Positions 38,566 through 51,074 are shown, counted from the whole stretch's first letter. The stretch is 62,707 nt of DNA, filler included, from Basidiobolus ranarum (GCA_040143965.1; 32 parts of 32 records of this genome joined end to end with filler, not necessarily neighbours in it), one strand, 5' to 3'. The notes: generated by a model not told the origin, from the sequence alone. Numbers and translations: made by a program.

Positions 38566-40719
38566 GAAACACCTACCATAGCACTTTCAACAACAGAAGC
38601 TGAATACATGGCTGCCGGTGAAGCAACAAAAGAAGAAATATGGTTGAGAAAACTCTTAATGGATTTGGGTTATTCTCAAAATTCACCAATGACAATATTT
38701 CAAAAAAATCAAAGTTGCATCAAATTAGCTAAAAATCCCACATTTCAAAATAGAAGCAAACATATAGATATTGAGCATCACTTCATTAGAGAGACTATTG
38801 AGAATAGGTTTATTGACTTAACTTATTTTTCTACACAGGACATGTTTGCTGATATATTTGTTTAAGTATTTGGGAGCTTGTTGGAATTGGCTTGAAGAAT
38901 TTGAGGAATTGGTGGTTCTCACTTATTGATTTATTGAGTAGAAAGTTGACATTTATAGTTTTGTCAAGATGTAAGCAAACTAACATGTGGAATGTGTTAA
39001 GGAAGGTCTCCAGAACACATGTGCAAAGTGTGGGCTTCTAGCACAAGTTTGAAAAATCTATATATCTGAGAACTTCTGAGTTGGTAAAATATTTCAAGTA
39101 ATTTTTAATTGAGAATAATTGATAATATCTTAGTGAGTTATCTTTTGAATCCAAGAATGTCTGATTTGAGCCATTTTTGGTCAAGTTAAGCAACAAAAAG
39201 TAATCATTCCTACCATTACACCNNNNNNNNNNNNNNNNNNNNNNNNNNNNNNNNNNNNNNNNNNNNTTAATTAATTAANNNNNNNNNNNNNNNNNNNNNN
39301 NNNNNNNNNNNNNNNNNNNNNNTAATCTGATTTCTGAAGCTTATTACTAGATGCCCGTTGATGGAGCACAGCTATATATATTGCGTTTTATTTTCAGCTC
39401 AGACGCCTAAACGTTTGTATATCAGGCTTTTAATTCGGTCCTAATTGAGTTTTTCAGTGACACTAAATGGTAACCATAGCGTGACTGTTTCTACTATCGT
39501 CAATAAAAACACGGCTTCTTCCACGGCAAGCTTGGCTATATTATTTCTATCTTCTGATCTTCATCCACCGATAACCCTTTGGTAAGGAATCGAAGCAACA
39601 CCATTGGCCACTTACTTGATGTTAATGTTCGTAATACGAGACTGTTGTAAACAGCAGTCACATAGTATCGTGATCTGATTAGTCATTCTACCGAAGCTGG
39701 TGGGTATTTCGTCCTTGTGACGTCATAACATTACTACTGTAATCTCAACTAGTGTCTACAGTCTAAGGATAGCGAAGATGCGAGATACTCACGGTGCTCT
39801 GAGACTCCTTACCATTGACGTTACACATTTTAACGGGCTCTTGAGTTACACTTACCTTGGTACATTGTGGTTGATAATCATCATGACAAAGGTTTATACA
39901 TTCACTGGTTGCCCGATTCACCGATTGCATGGACATTTCAGAATTAGGCAATTCCCAGGGGAAGTATGAAAGCAGTCAACTGTCAGCAAATCAGAAAGCT
40001 TCAGCAGATGGTCGGATTGCACCCGAATTTCCTACGAGCTTGGCATTGACACTGCCCGTACAAAACAACTTTGTAGCGAACAATGCAGAATATATTTACT
40101 TATTTCACGGCATTTCCGGATCAAGAGGTTAGTTGCAATCAGCTAAGGACAGTTTAGGCTATATCTATGTATGCCAGGCTGATAATCCTTTCCCATCAAC
40201 CTTTATAATACGTGTAACTACTGGAATGTAAGGCCTCAGGGTAGGATTCAAGTGGACTATCGATTTAATGATAGATCGGCAGAATACAATACAACTAAAA
40301 ATCTAACAAGCAACTGGTACCAGTAAATGGTTAGAGTTATTCTCAGGAAACAAGTAATTAGATGATAAACTAAGAGACAAATACGCATGAGGTCTAGCAA
40401 TTCGAACCATTCAAGGTGCTACATATTGCCAAGAACGTAGACCAGGGACTTCATTATATCGTAATAACAAGAATTAGTATTTGCAACATATCATTACTTT
40501 TTACTATTTGTCGTCGATAAATATCTCTCCTCACCGGTTCCCAATATGTTAACATTTTCGAACCCTTGTCAGTAAGTTGAAGGTTTTTTAACTCTTGCCC
40601 CATTGACATGTTCCTTTATCATAGCAATGATGACATACTGGTAGACCAAGCTTAATGGTATAGTTAAAAATGTTTAATTTCTTGGTTATATCAGGTATAC
40701 CCCCAATAAATGAGTTCAA

Positions 40720-41183
40720 AAGAGTACCGCCAAAAGTCCCAACAGTCTCGGTCATGGCATCCATACATTTTTGGTTTTTGCACCTAAATAGATGACAATC
40801 AGCTTCGTTTTTTTTTTCGGCTTGCATATAAAAAGCTTTTACCTTAAAAGCCCATGGCATGTTACAGTGGGTTTCTTTTCTCTTTTAAAAGGTCTCGGGT
40901 TCTGTACTTCTTTGAATATTTCAAGCTCGCCGTTTCCACAGACAGGACACAAACTAGAAGTTTTGAAGCCTTCTTTGCTAGCATTCTTCTCATTCTAATG
41001 CCTCTAATGGGCTCGTGAAACTTCACATTTCCGACAGTCCAGTTGCCGATTATCATCACAGCATCATCGCCAAACTTTTTCTGAAGATTCCTGGCTAGTC
41101 GTTTGTCTGATTGCTGTCGATTTATAAAGCTTGAAAGTTTCATTTTTCGGAATGGCAGCAAATTACTTTCTCGGTTTTCTGCA
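40720..41183 (-). pseudogene. Fanzor (eukaryotic TnpB-derived RNA-guided nuclease, likely Fanzor1) C-terminal remnant with a spliceosomal intron
   Basis: Reconstruction: LPFRKMKLSSFINRQQSDKRLARNLQKKFGDDAVMIIGNW..KFHEPIRGIRMRRMLA / EGFKTSSLCPVCGNGELEIFKEVQNPRPF..TCHGLLR [59-nt GT-AG intron 40784-40842] CKNQKC; matches my recollection of fungal Fanzor RuvC-II/Zn-ribbon motifs. Confidence 0.85.
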
Positions 41184-41283
41184 NNNNNNNNNNNNNNNNN
41201 NNNNNNNNNNNNNNNNNNNNNNNNNNNTTAATTAATTAANNNNNNNNNNNNNNNNNNNNNNNNNNNNNNNNNNNNNNNNNNNN

Positions 41284-41983
41284 CAAGAGAAAGTCAAAGG
41301 ATATATCGAGAGTTACCATGCTCATCAATACCGCCAAGTAAGATGAAGGTATAGTAAGGGAAAAAGCGCTTGGAGTAAAGAATAATAGAGACCATTTGGG
41401 CGATAGCACCAATAGACATCTCTTTATCGTGAGCATGTTTGTACCACTGAAAATATTTAAAAAAGTTAATATTTAGAGTAAACAAGTCAAATATGATATA
41501 CTCCGCTATACCTCAATTCTTTGCTTTATTCTCTTAACCAAGGCGAGACCGTCAGCGTGAAAGCCGTTAGTAGCGATGACTACCTTGTTAGTGCTAAATT
41601 GAATGAAGTTAAAGTGTAATAAATGCAAGTATGGAAATCTCAAGGTTTCTGGTTAGAAAATAGAAAGGATACATTTGGTAGGCTTTAGGTACATAGCGAG
41701 AGTTGATCGTGTATCCCTCACTTTGACGAGTATCTGCAGCGATAACACAATAGTCCTTGCCAGCTATAGCCAAACTGGTTCTGTTTTTGGAAAAAGTCAA
41801 GGAGTTAATAGGGATTTTTCAAAATTCTCACATAGTGAAGAAAATACGGTCAAAGAAATTTCAGTTCATAAAAGTGTGTACGTACCCTCCATTATCGGTG
41901 TATGGGGAATATTTATGCTCTATAGGAGCTTGAAGTGGATTGGAGATTGGATGGTTTAAAGGATGGCCGTTGATGTATGACAT
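41284..41983 (-). CDS. PRE7: 20S proteasome subunit beta-6 (PRE7/PSMB1), 5' exons; 3' end cut by the contig edge
   Basis: ATG at 41983; spliced reading YSPYTDNGG/TSLAIAGKDYCVIAADTRQSEGY../NGFHADG../WYKHAHDKEMS..LYSKRFFPYY..GGIDE with canonical GT-AG introns. Confidence 0.96.
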
Positions 41984-43243
41984 TGTTGGTTTGGATCAAG
42001 TATTTTCTGGAATTAGATTCAACTTCGAAAGTGCCTCAGTAGTGGTTAAAGTTGTAGCAAAACTCTAGGAAATGAAAAAGGGTTTTGTTGGAAAAGAACT
42101 CAGCCCATACACGCAATCGCTCTCAATTTCTTATCAACCGCATTCGCAAGAAATATTGGCTACGTAATCAACTTTTTTATTCTACTTAGTGAGTTTATGT
42201 TAATCAAGGATTTATCCGGGATTTGATATCTCCCATTGCTCGAAACGAATTAGGCCTTCGAATTGTAACTAAATCATCACAAGAATTCTTACATATAAAG
42301 AGGGCACTAGCCAAGTAATGTAAAGCGACGTAATAGAGAATGGTCCTTTTTTGAAATAAGTACCATTGTTAGTACTATATACTCATTGAACAATATATAC
42401 AATATTGTTTTGTTTCTGCTTCAATATCTTACAAAATATACTCGGTTATCTCAAAAGGATAATTGCTGCGGAGATACCACGTTAAAGAGCAAACAAAAAA
42501 GTATGTGTGGTCTGCTTAATTTACGGTTTAGCAATATGGATTGTGATTACCTTATTACACGTCAAAGCTTCTTTCATTTGAACAGACAGAAGGAAGCACA
42601 ACGTCGAGAAAAATTTCTCGAGTGTAGCCACTCTAGTGACCTCTGTCAAGTAATTGACTAGCTTTACCTCTATTTTTTTAGTAGAAAATGTGGGAGGAAA
42701 GGAATATATGACATATGTAGAAGGAAGCTTTAAAATTCGGTATTTGAACATTATAGTTATTTTAACTCTCTTTGTAATATTGAATTTACCAACTAATTCA
42801 ATATATACCAGCAATCAAAATGCGCACAGTAAAGGTATTTTTTAGAAGTTGTTACTTGTCAATAGAAATCAAGAAATAAATTCAGTTTTAAGCTGAAAGT
42901 GGCCTCAAGATATAAAGTAGTTGACGAAATATTATGGAAGACGATCAGATTTGAGGAGCCAAGTTCATATCCAACCTAGATAGCACTCATTGATAACTCA
43001 AAGAGAGGACAGGTTAAGGCTTTTCGTGCAGTATCTCCCAAGCAGGAATTGCTTTGGATCCCAACCCAAATTTCCGGGAGTGCCTCCAAGTTAAAGCTAA
43101 AATTGCCTTCTAAGAGTTTACAGATTGATCATTTGCAGTGATGNNNNNNNNNNNNNNNNNNNNNNNNNNNNNNNNNNNNNNNNNNNNTTAATTAATTAAN
43201 NNNNNNNNNNNNNNNNNNNNNNNNNNNNNNNNNNNNNNNNNNN

Positions 43244-43433
43244 CACATCAGCAACTGGGTCAAATAGTATCCCAACACCATCGTCACAATGCCCTCCACC
43301 GAGTAAAGGGGCAGGTTCTCCTACTGTATTGCCATCTGGAAATCCCGGTGGTTCCTGGACTACTTCGTGGAGTAGCTCCTGGTCGACATCCAGAACTTCA
43401 TCGCGTAACCCTAAAGCAACTGGTGTACAATAA
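43244..43433 (+). CDS. C-terminus of a Ser/Thr/Pro-rich protein
   Basis: TSATGSNSIPTPSSQCPPPSKGAGSP..SWTTSWSSSWSTSR..GVQ*, open from the contig edge. Confidence 0.55.
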
Positions 43434-44864
43434 CTGTGAGGCATAAATACATCTGTCTTGTTATAGTATTACCTTTATAGCGCGACTGGTCTTTAATGAA
43501 ATCGATATGGTTGAATCAATAAAGAATTGATTGCTTATAAATATGACTTTTTGAAGATAACTGCTTTCATTACCCGGCTATAGTGTAATTAGTTATTCCA
43601 AGAGTAAGCTCTAATCAAATTGAATGCAAAAATAAAAGAATATATTAAATACTGTACAGACGAGTACGCTTCGAGCTTCAAAAATTTAGATATCTATGTA
43701 ATAAGGATTAAGAGCTATACTATAAATCACTGAAATAACAGTAATGTGGTATGTGCTATGTGGTAGTTTCACTCTATTGCCATTTCTGATCAAGATAGAA
43801 TATATCGCTCTATTTTTGGGCACTAACATTACGACGTCAACAATAAAAACTATTGCAACTTGAGTTTCCTGAAAGTCCGCAATGGCTAATATAGTGTTGG
43901 GAATACTGTCGTATTGACACACTAATAGTAGCATAATAAAGATCTAAATAGAACCAGTGTTATCAGAGCCCTCATCAATATTACAATAAAATAGGGGATA
44001 AGTTCTAATTGCGGCAAATGAAAATTCAAACCCAATAGTCGGAATCGATCACATCCTTTAATGTAAGGATTGCAAATAATCAAAGGATTATCTTCTAAAG
44101 ATATATTCATCTCATCTCATCTTACCCATACAATTTCAACCTTAAATTAATGTATCGCCGTGCCTAACACTCAAAAGAAGGATAGCCATTCAAGATCACT
44201 TCATCTGGCTTACACTTAATAAACCTGCAGAATACTAGTTTTTGACCAGATTTTAACATTGAATTAGTTACGGTGAAAAAGTAATGGAGATAGTATATCA
44301 TTTATGAAAGCCTTGAATGTGTATACTTGCCACCATCTTGTTATTTTCCCATACTATTCTAATAAGATATAGATGATTAGTAATGCCTTATCTGTTGAGG
44401 GAAGTGCGAATTAATTTGCTTAGCTCTTTAAGATGTACTGACTGAAGATCTTCCTATCCGAGTATTCCAATAACCAAGAAAAGATGGCTTGCTCAGTCAG
44501 ATAGGTGATGATATTCATGAAATCATTGATTTGCAGTGTCATTAAAACTCTTGAATAGGCCAACAGAATATCTTGAGAATTAGCCATGATTGTTACTGAC
44601 TCGCTATGGTAACGTTACCTCTAGTACTTCTATTTTTATATGAAATTTGATTGGGATCGAGCCTTGGTAGACAGCAAATGAAAATACTTGGAATATCTTG
44701 ATGTTTATGCAGAGTGAGATATTAGACACTTACCAATCAGAATACAATTGCCAAGGTATTTTGTCATAATTACTTTCAAAAGTTGACCACATTGTCATAT
44801 CTTTCGCCATATAAGAATACCAAGAATACCCAATGATACTAACAAAATACACTCAAGCGAAATC

Positions 44865-45102
44865 ATGGTTTCTTCAACTTTCCTTATCACTTTTGTCTCA
44901 ATGATTGTTGCCGGCAATGGGATGGCTGTTCCTCCTTCTTCCAACGCTAGTACAATGGCTACAAGTACTACCGGAATCGAGTCGATTGCTGCCACTCCAA
45001 CTAGTCAGATAGTTACACCAGCTCTATCATCAGATACCGCTCCGCTGCAGACAATCACGGCGGCATCTAGCTCAATTAGCAGCATTGGTTCTTCTAGCAT
45101 CG
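44865..45102 (+). CDS. Secreted Ser/Thr-rich (mucin or cell-wall-like) protein, N-terminus
   Basis: Signal peptide MVSSTFLITFVSMIVAGNGMA followed by an S/T/A-rich tract; TATA-like motif upstream. Confidence 0.75.
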
Positions 45103-45202
45103 NNNNNNNNNNNNNNNNNNNNNNNNNNNNNNNNNNNNNNNNNNNNTTAATTAATTAANNNNNNNNNNNNNNNNNNNNNNNNNNNNNNNNNNNNNNNNNN
45201 NN

Positions 45203-46715
45203 CAGCAGTGGAAATTCATATCCCTGGATTTCATAACTGATCTACCCTTGTCTGCCAAATATGATTCAATTCTGGTAATTGTTGACCATCTAAAAAAGAT
45301 GGCCCACTTTGTGCCCAGCTGGGTATCTCTTCCAATCTCTCCACTGCCTTCCATCCCCAATCCAATGGCCAAACAGAAAGAGTCAATCAAGTTTTGGAAC
45401 AATATTTGCAATGCACTATCAACTATCATCAGGATGATTGGACACAACTCTTGCCTCTTGCTGAATTTGCTTACAACAACTCTTATCATACCTCAACTAA
45501 GTAAACTCCTTTCTTTGCAAATTATGGATTCCATCCTTGTTTCACAATTCACCCACTATCCAATCTACCTTGCCCTGCTGCCTCAGACCATGCCACTTTC
45601 CTTAAGGATATCCGTGAACAATTAATATCTGAGTTGGAGCATGCTCAATCCCAATAAAAGAACTTTGCTGATATGAAAAGAAAGCCAAGCCCAGATCTCA
45701 AGCCAGGAGATTATGTTTGGCTCCTCCGGAAAAATATCAAAACCACTAGACCTTGTGATAAACTTAATCATGAAAGACTAGGGCCTTTTGAGATTATTAA
45801 GCAAATTAATTCAGTAGCCTTCCACCTGGAACTCCCAGCCCATTTCAAGGTCCACAATGTATTCCATGTGGCTTTCTTAGAGCCACATGACAGAAATACC
45901 TTCCAGGGCCAATCCATTGACCCACCCCCAGCAATCCAAGTTGAAGAACACCCTGAATATGAAGTTGGCAAAATTCTAGATTCCAGAATTTGTCAACATA
46001 AACTGCAATATTTAGTGCACTGGAAGTGATACTCAACAAATAATCAATCATGGGAGCCAGCAACAAATCTTTCAGCCAGCAACAAATCTTTTCAATTCCA
46101 AGGAACTTTGCCAGGAGTTTCATGAAGCCTACTCACAAAAACCTGGCCCTATGATGTCTAGAAGCCATCACTAAAGAAGGGGATACTCTCATGCTTCTGA
46201 TCTTGGCACACTGATCCACTTCAAATAGAACTCTTCTATTATTAGAATATGAAATCATATCTGCTGTGCCATCCCTTCTTGGCAATCTGGTGTCAGTTCA
46301 TCCAGATTACCTTATATGGAAGTCATGTTCATTGGAACATTCCATGAAACCTAACCAATCATGTCATTCCACACATAGTAGATTTCTGCCAGGACCTTCC
46401 ATGGAAAGTCACCTGATCATCCTTACATCATCTCTCTTTGTATTGGTCCTTGTAGTCCCTAACACCCCAACTCTCAAACTTGCCACAGTATATTTCCTAT
46501 TCAGTATATTATGTTTCACTTGCAATATCTATATAAGCACCATGTATTCCTTGATCAGACCTCAGTTGGTTCAATGCCAGTTATCAATAAAGATTCTTGC
46601 CAATGTATCTTCCTTGTCCATTCTTGTATTGTCTTGTGGTCTACACCCAAGTACTCTCCTGCCTTCTTGCCTCTTGTCATTATTACCGGTCCTTGTCCAG
46701 TTCCTTATTGTGACA
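45203..46715 (+). mobile_element. Gypsy chromovirus 3' end: integrase, chromodomain, PPT, 3' LTR (46187-46715)
   Basis: LGPFEI, HNVFHV, EYEVGKILDSR..LQYLVHWK..SWEP chromodomain; PPT aaagaagggg; LTR ends TGTGACA. Confidence 0.94.
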
Positions 46716-47060
46716 GAATCTCTGAGATGTAGACAAAGTGTAGAGAGTGCTTTCCTCTGCTTCTTGTGCAAGGCAAGGATAGCTTCTGGTGGTCCCATGG
46801 GCTCTATTTCTTCTCCTGTAACAAATCCCCAATGGTTTTTCTCTTCTAACACCATTTGCATCTTGAACTTCCAATGGTGAAAGTCTTCACCATCTAACTT
46901 CTCTGTGGATGCAAAAAATGTTGGTAATAGTACTGGTAGACATTCATTTAACAGCTAGCTTGGGGCTGATAACCTGATAAAAGTGTTCAGGGGATTATGA
47001 AGTGTTTTGGACAAGATTAAGATTTGTGAATTAGACACTTAAGTTTTATTAATTTGTATT
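46716..47060 (-). mobile_element. Copia family C 5' end: LTR, PBS, gag start
   Basis: LTR end, then ggttatcagcccc PBS, then EKLDGEDFHHWKFKMQMVLEEKNHWGFV. Confidence 0.88.
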
Positions 47061-47774
47061 NNNNNNNNNNNNNNNNNNNNNNNNNNNNNNNNNNNNNNNN
47101 NNNNTTAATTAATTAANNNNNNNNNNNNNNNNNNNNNNNNNNNNNNNNNNNNNNNNNNNNTGTACATGTAACCTGCAGCGCCCACGTTATGGCACCCGTT
47201 CCCAAATTACACTAAAACAATCCCCCCCCCCCCCCCAAAAAAAAAAGAATGCAATAACCTTTGGATGTAATAATCTGATGATAATCCAATGGAATTAGTT
47301 AGTGAATACCTTCGGAATGATGTTCCATATCCTGGGGTTTTGTTCAGGGGAGATGTAATCAGCCCCAGCTGATTAGCGTTTGCATCCGTAGTTAAAACAT
47401 GTTGGAGGGTTATGACTAATATAGGATATATTTTAACAGCTGTGTGTACTGGGTTTGATGTGAGTAATTCATCAAAGGTACACTGGTGAATGAATGTACT
47501 GTATGCTTTATAATAGGCTCGACAACGGTCATACTTCACTTTATGACCCCACCAACATAAATCTTTGCCCCAAAATATATGAAAGAGTTAGAATATTGAT
47601 TATTTCAATTGCACCCATATTCATGATGTTATAAAAAGAAAATTTCGATGAAATAGATGAATGTATGCATTTGGCAAGCGCAGTGCTAACCGAAACCAGT
47701 GATGGTATATGTAAGCATGCAGTCAAAGGAATAGTCGCACTTTTAGTTTTCTTTGCCGGGTAAATTGAAGTAGT

Positions 47775-48085
47775 TGTTGAAATTAGCATAGCCTAAATAT
47801 CTATATAATCATATATAGCTTAGTATTTAGTTTTTCACATTGAACCAAGATATTCTCAAGAGGAATTTACTTGGAACACTTTGGATTTTTCAAACTTGTC
47901 CTAGAGACCGCAAATTTTGCCCACATGTTCCTAGGACCTTCCTTAACACATTCTACACCTTTGTCTGCTTACATCTCGACAAAACTATGAATACCAACTT
48001 TCCACTCAATAAATCAACAAGTGAAGACCATCAGTTCTTCTACTTCTTCAAACTACTTCCAACAAACTATCAAAATACTTCAACA
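47775..48085 (+). repeat. LTR family A copy
   Basis: TGTTGAAATT...TCAACA. Confidence 0.88.
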
Positions 48086-48385
48086 GTAACTACACTAATC
48101 CCTATAAAAAATATGGGGATGAATACCATAATAAAACCAGAGGAAATACAAGCTGAGGCCTAGGAATACCAGCAGAAAATCAGAGGAAAATTCAAATTTT
48201 GGATTGACCATGACAGAATTAGTGTAATCCAATTGCATGAAATCCAAATTGTAATAATTTTCTTAGGGAATATAACTCTTACCCATTTCAGTTTTGCTCT
48301 GGAGGGTAGAAGGTATTAAACACAGAATATTTATTTATACACACATTGAGAGCTAGCATAAATCCTTTTACATGTCCCTAGTGGA

Positions 48386-48714
48386 TATTAAAGTATTTGG
48401 GAGCCTGTTGGAAGTGGTTTGGAGAATTAGAGAAATTGGTGGTTTTCACTTATTGATTTATTGAGTAGAGAGTTGAAGTTTATAGTTTTGTCAAGATGTA
48501 AACCAACTAACATCTAGAATGTATTAAGGAAGGTCCCAGAAATATGTGTGCAAAGTTTGGGGCTTCTAGCACAAGTTTGAAAAATCTATATATCTGAGAA
48601 CTTCTAAGTAAATTCCTTATGAGAATAATGGATAATATCTTAGTTCTATATAAGATAACTAAGTACTAAGCTATATATGACTATATAAGTGCTTAAGCAA
48701 AGCTAATTTCAACA
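48386..48714 (-). repeat. LTR family A copy (opposite orientation)
   Basis: Reverse-complement homology to 6141-6487. Confidence 0.9.
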
Positions 48715-49470
48715 ATAGCATCAATAATATAAGCTTTGTAATTCAACCTTCTAATAAAATATTACATAAATTGACTATTGGTTTTAATTTCAAAGTTGCT
48801 GTTGGAGGATCTTGACATAATGGGGTAGACTTTGAGTATTAGAAGCAACTTATGATAGTGTGTTTTAGTTAGTTTATTCTTAAGAGTATATGGTGACTTA
48901 TATAGCAGAAAAGTAAATCAATTGTTTGAGATATTCAGGAGTTTGTGTAATAAGATATAATAGATAAGTGGGGGTAATAAGACATACTTGTTATATAGAT
49001 ATAGAGATATTCCTATTNNNNNNNNNNNNNNNNNNNNNNNNNNNNNNNNNNNNNNNNNNNNTTAATTAATTAANNNNNNNNNNNNNNNNNNNNNNNNNNN
49101 NNNNNNNNNNNNNNNNNCCTGCCTGTAGACTTCTCTCCTTCCAAGTTCTCCAACCTTGAAAACCCCCACGGCTGGCTTCCCTCTTATTACCCAGCTTTCC
49201 CAAGCTTTCCTGCTAAGGCAAAGGTACCTTCCCCCTTTGGATAATTGCTCCAAGTTCATCCTTTTCAAGACACTACTGGTTGAGTCTGCAGTTGTTTTTG
49301 ATCAAAGGAGCTTCAGTACTTTATCAAGATCACAGGATGTTGATACCAGCATATTCTTTTGTCAAGGTGCCAATCATTTCTTCAACAGAAAGCTGGACAT
49401 TGCATTCTGATTATCATTTCTAGAGAAACTTGTGGTTTTAAAACTTCCCCCTCCTAACATAGTAAGTATT

Positions 49471-50974
49471 ATGTCTACACCAGCCCCTACCATGGAAGAT
49501 ATCATGTGAGCTTTTACTCAGCTTCAGCAAGAAAATCAAGAACTTTGTTCTTCTCTTGCTCAAGTACAGAATCTAGCTCCACCCAACTATCCTGCAAATC
49601 CAATTCCTGAACCCAAGATCTCCTTATTAAATAAGCTTGCTGGCACTTGCCAAAACTATTGTGATTTTATCAACCAAGTAAAACTCATTGTCCAGTTACA
49701 TCCCCATTGCTACTCCTGTGACCAAACAAAAGTAGGCCTAGTGGGAACACTATTATTGGCAACAGCTCTATTTTTACTTGCTCCTTTGATGGAAAGGCAA
49801 TGTCCACTTCATTCATACTTCCTTGCCTTTCTTGCTGAACTCAAAGCTACATTTGGAAATGCATATACAGAAAGAACTACAGCCACTAGGCTCTGTGCAC
49901 TTAAACAAGGGTCAAAGCCTGCATCAACTTATGCTGCAGAATTCTGCCTTTTTGCCTGTAATCTCAATTGGGGAGAATCTGTCCTAATCAATCAATTCCA
50001 ATATGGACTCCAAGAAAATATTAAGGATGTTTTATTCAGTATGGCTGACATAGTGCCCTTGATGGATGCTATTTATCAGGCAGTTAAATGTGACAACCAG
50101 TTGTTTTAAAGACAACAACAAAGAATTATGGCTCCTTTCTTCTCTCCTTCCTCATCTACTTTCAGACCTCCCTTCCATCAAACACAAAATACAGCTCCAG
50201 TAGAGGACCTAATGCAAACTGATTGAACTTGTTTCTGAAAGCTTAGCCCTGAGGAGAAATATTGACAACAACAAGAGAATCTATGCCTGTATTTTGGAGC
50301 TCCTGGACATGTACAAGAACCTGTCCATAAAAGAATCTTGGATTAAAAAGCAACAATATGCAGATGGAAGAGAACTCTTCCAAACCATTGGAAAACTTCA
50401 ATGCCCAGCTGCAATAATGGGCATGGAGTTAGGCCAATCTTCTTCAAAAATCTTTTTTCACAATACATTGAAATCTCTGCAGTCATACCAAATATTAAAG
50501 CTGCCATTACACTCCTGCTACCAAATTACTAGTTAATAAAGACAACTGCACTTCTTGATTCAGGTGCTTCCACCTGTTTTATTGACTCTGTATTTGTCAG
50601 ATCTAACTCTATCCCAACAATCAAGAAATCCAGTCCAGTCCTTGTAGAGGTACTTGATAAAAGGCTGCTATCATTGGGTGCTGTCACACATGAGACAACC
50701 ATTATGACACTCATGTTCTCTGCTCATCAAGAAGAAATAGCCTTCAATGTCACTTCTTCACCTCACAACCCTGTCATCCTTGGTGTCTCATGACTCATTC
50801 AGCACAAGGCAGTAATCAACTGGAAGAAGAAAATTTTCACATTCAAACAGCTCCACCTCTTAGTCCGGGCTGCTATCATTGGGTGCTGTAACACATGAGA
50901 CAACCTTTATGACACTCATGTCCACTGCTCATCAAGAAGAAATAGCTTTTAACATCATTTCTTCACCTCACCAC
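49471..50974 (+). mobile_element. Gypsy gag and aspartic protease (decayed)
   Basis: PEPKIS, LKQGSKPASTYAAEF, QFQYGL, degenerate knuckle LCLYFGAPGH, ALLDSGASTCFID. Confidence 0.92.
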
Positions 50975-51074
50975 NNNNNNNNNNNNNNNNNNNNNNNNNN
51001 NNNNNNNNNNNNNNNNNNTTAATTAATTAANNNNNNNNNNNNNNNNNNNNNNNNNNNNNNNNNNNNNNNNNNNN

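Larger units (their letters stand above)
37362..38858 (+). mobile_element. Copia RT/RNase H interrupted by two solo LTRs
   Basis: YQSMVGSLMY, YLKGT, SDANWG, STTEAEY, RSKHIDIEHHF; the coding sequence resumes after each LTR. Confidence 0.93.

Noticed and set aside
30382-38570. GAAAY target preference for LTR A (flanks gaaat, gaaat, gaaac)
   Set aside because: Other LTR A flanks in the window do not fit; too few sites in AT-rich DNA
31790-41183. Fanzor carried by the CMC or DDE_Tnp_4 element
   Set aside because: They are on separate unlinked contigs and no shared terminal sequence is visible near the Fanzor remnant
43196-43444. Minus-strand ORF MPHSYCTPVALG...
   Set aside because: More simply explained as the antisense of a plus-strand Ser/Thr/Pro-rich C-terminus
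47161-47770. Minus-strand ORFs of 110 and 82 aa
   Set aside because: No recognisable motif; one runs into homopolymers, the other starts inside an LTR
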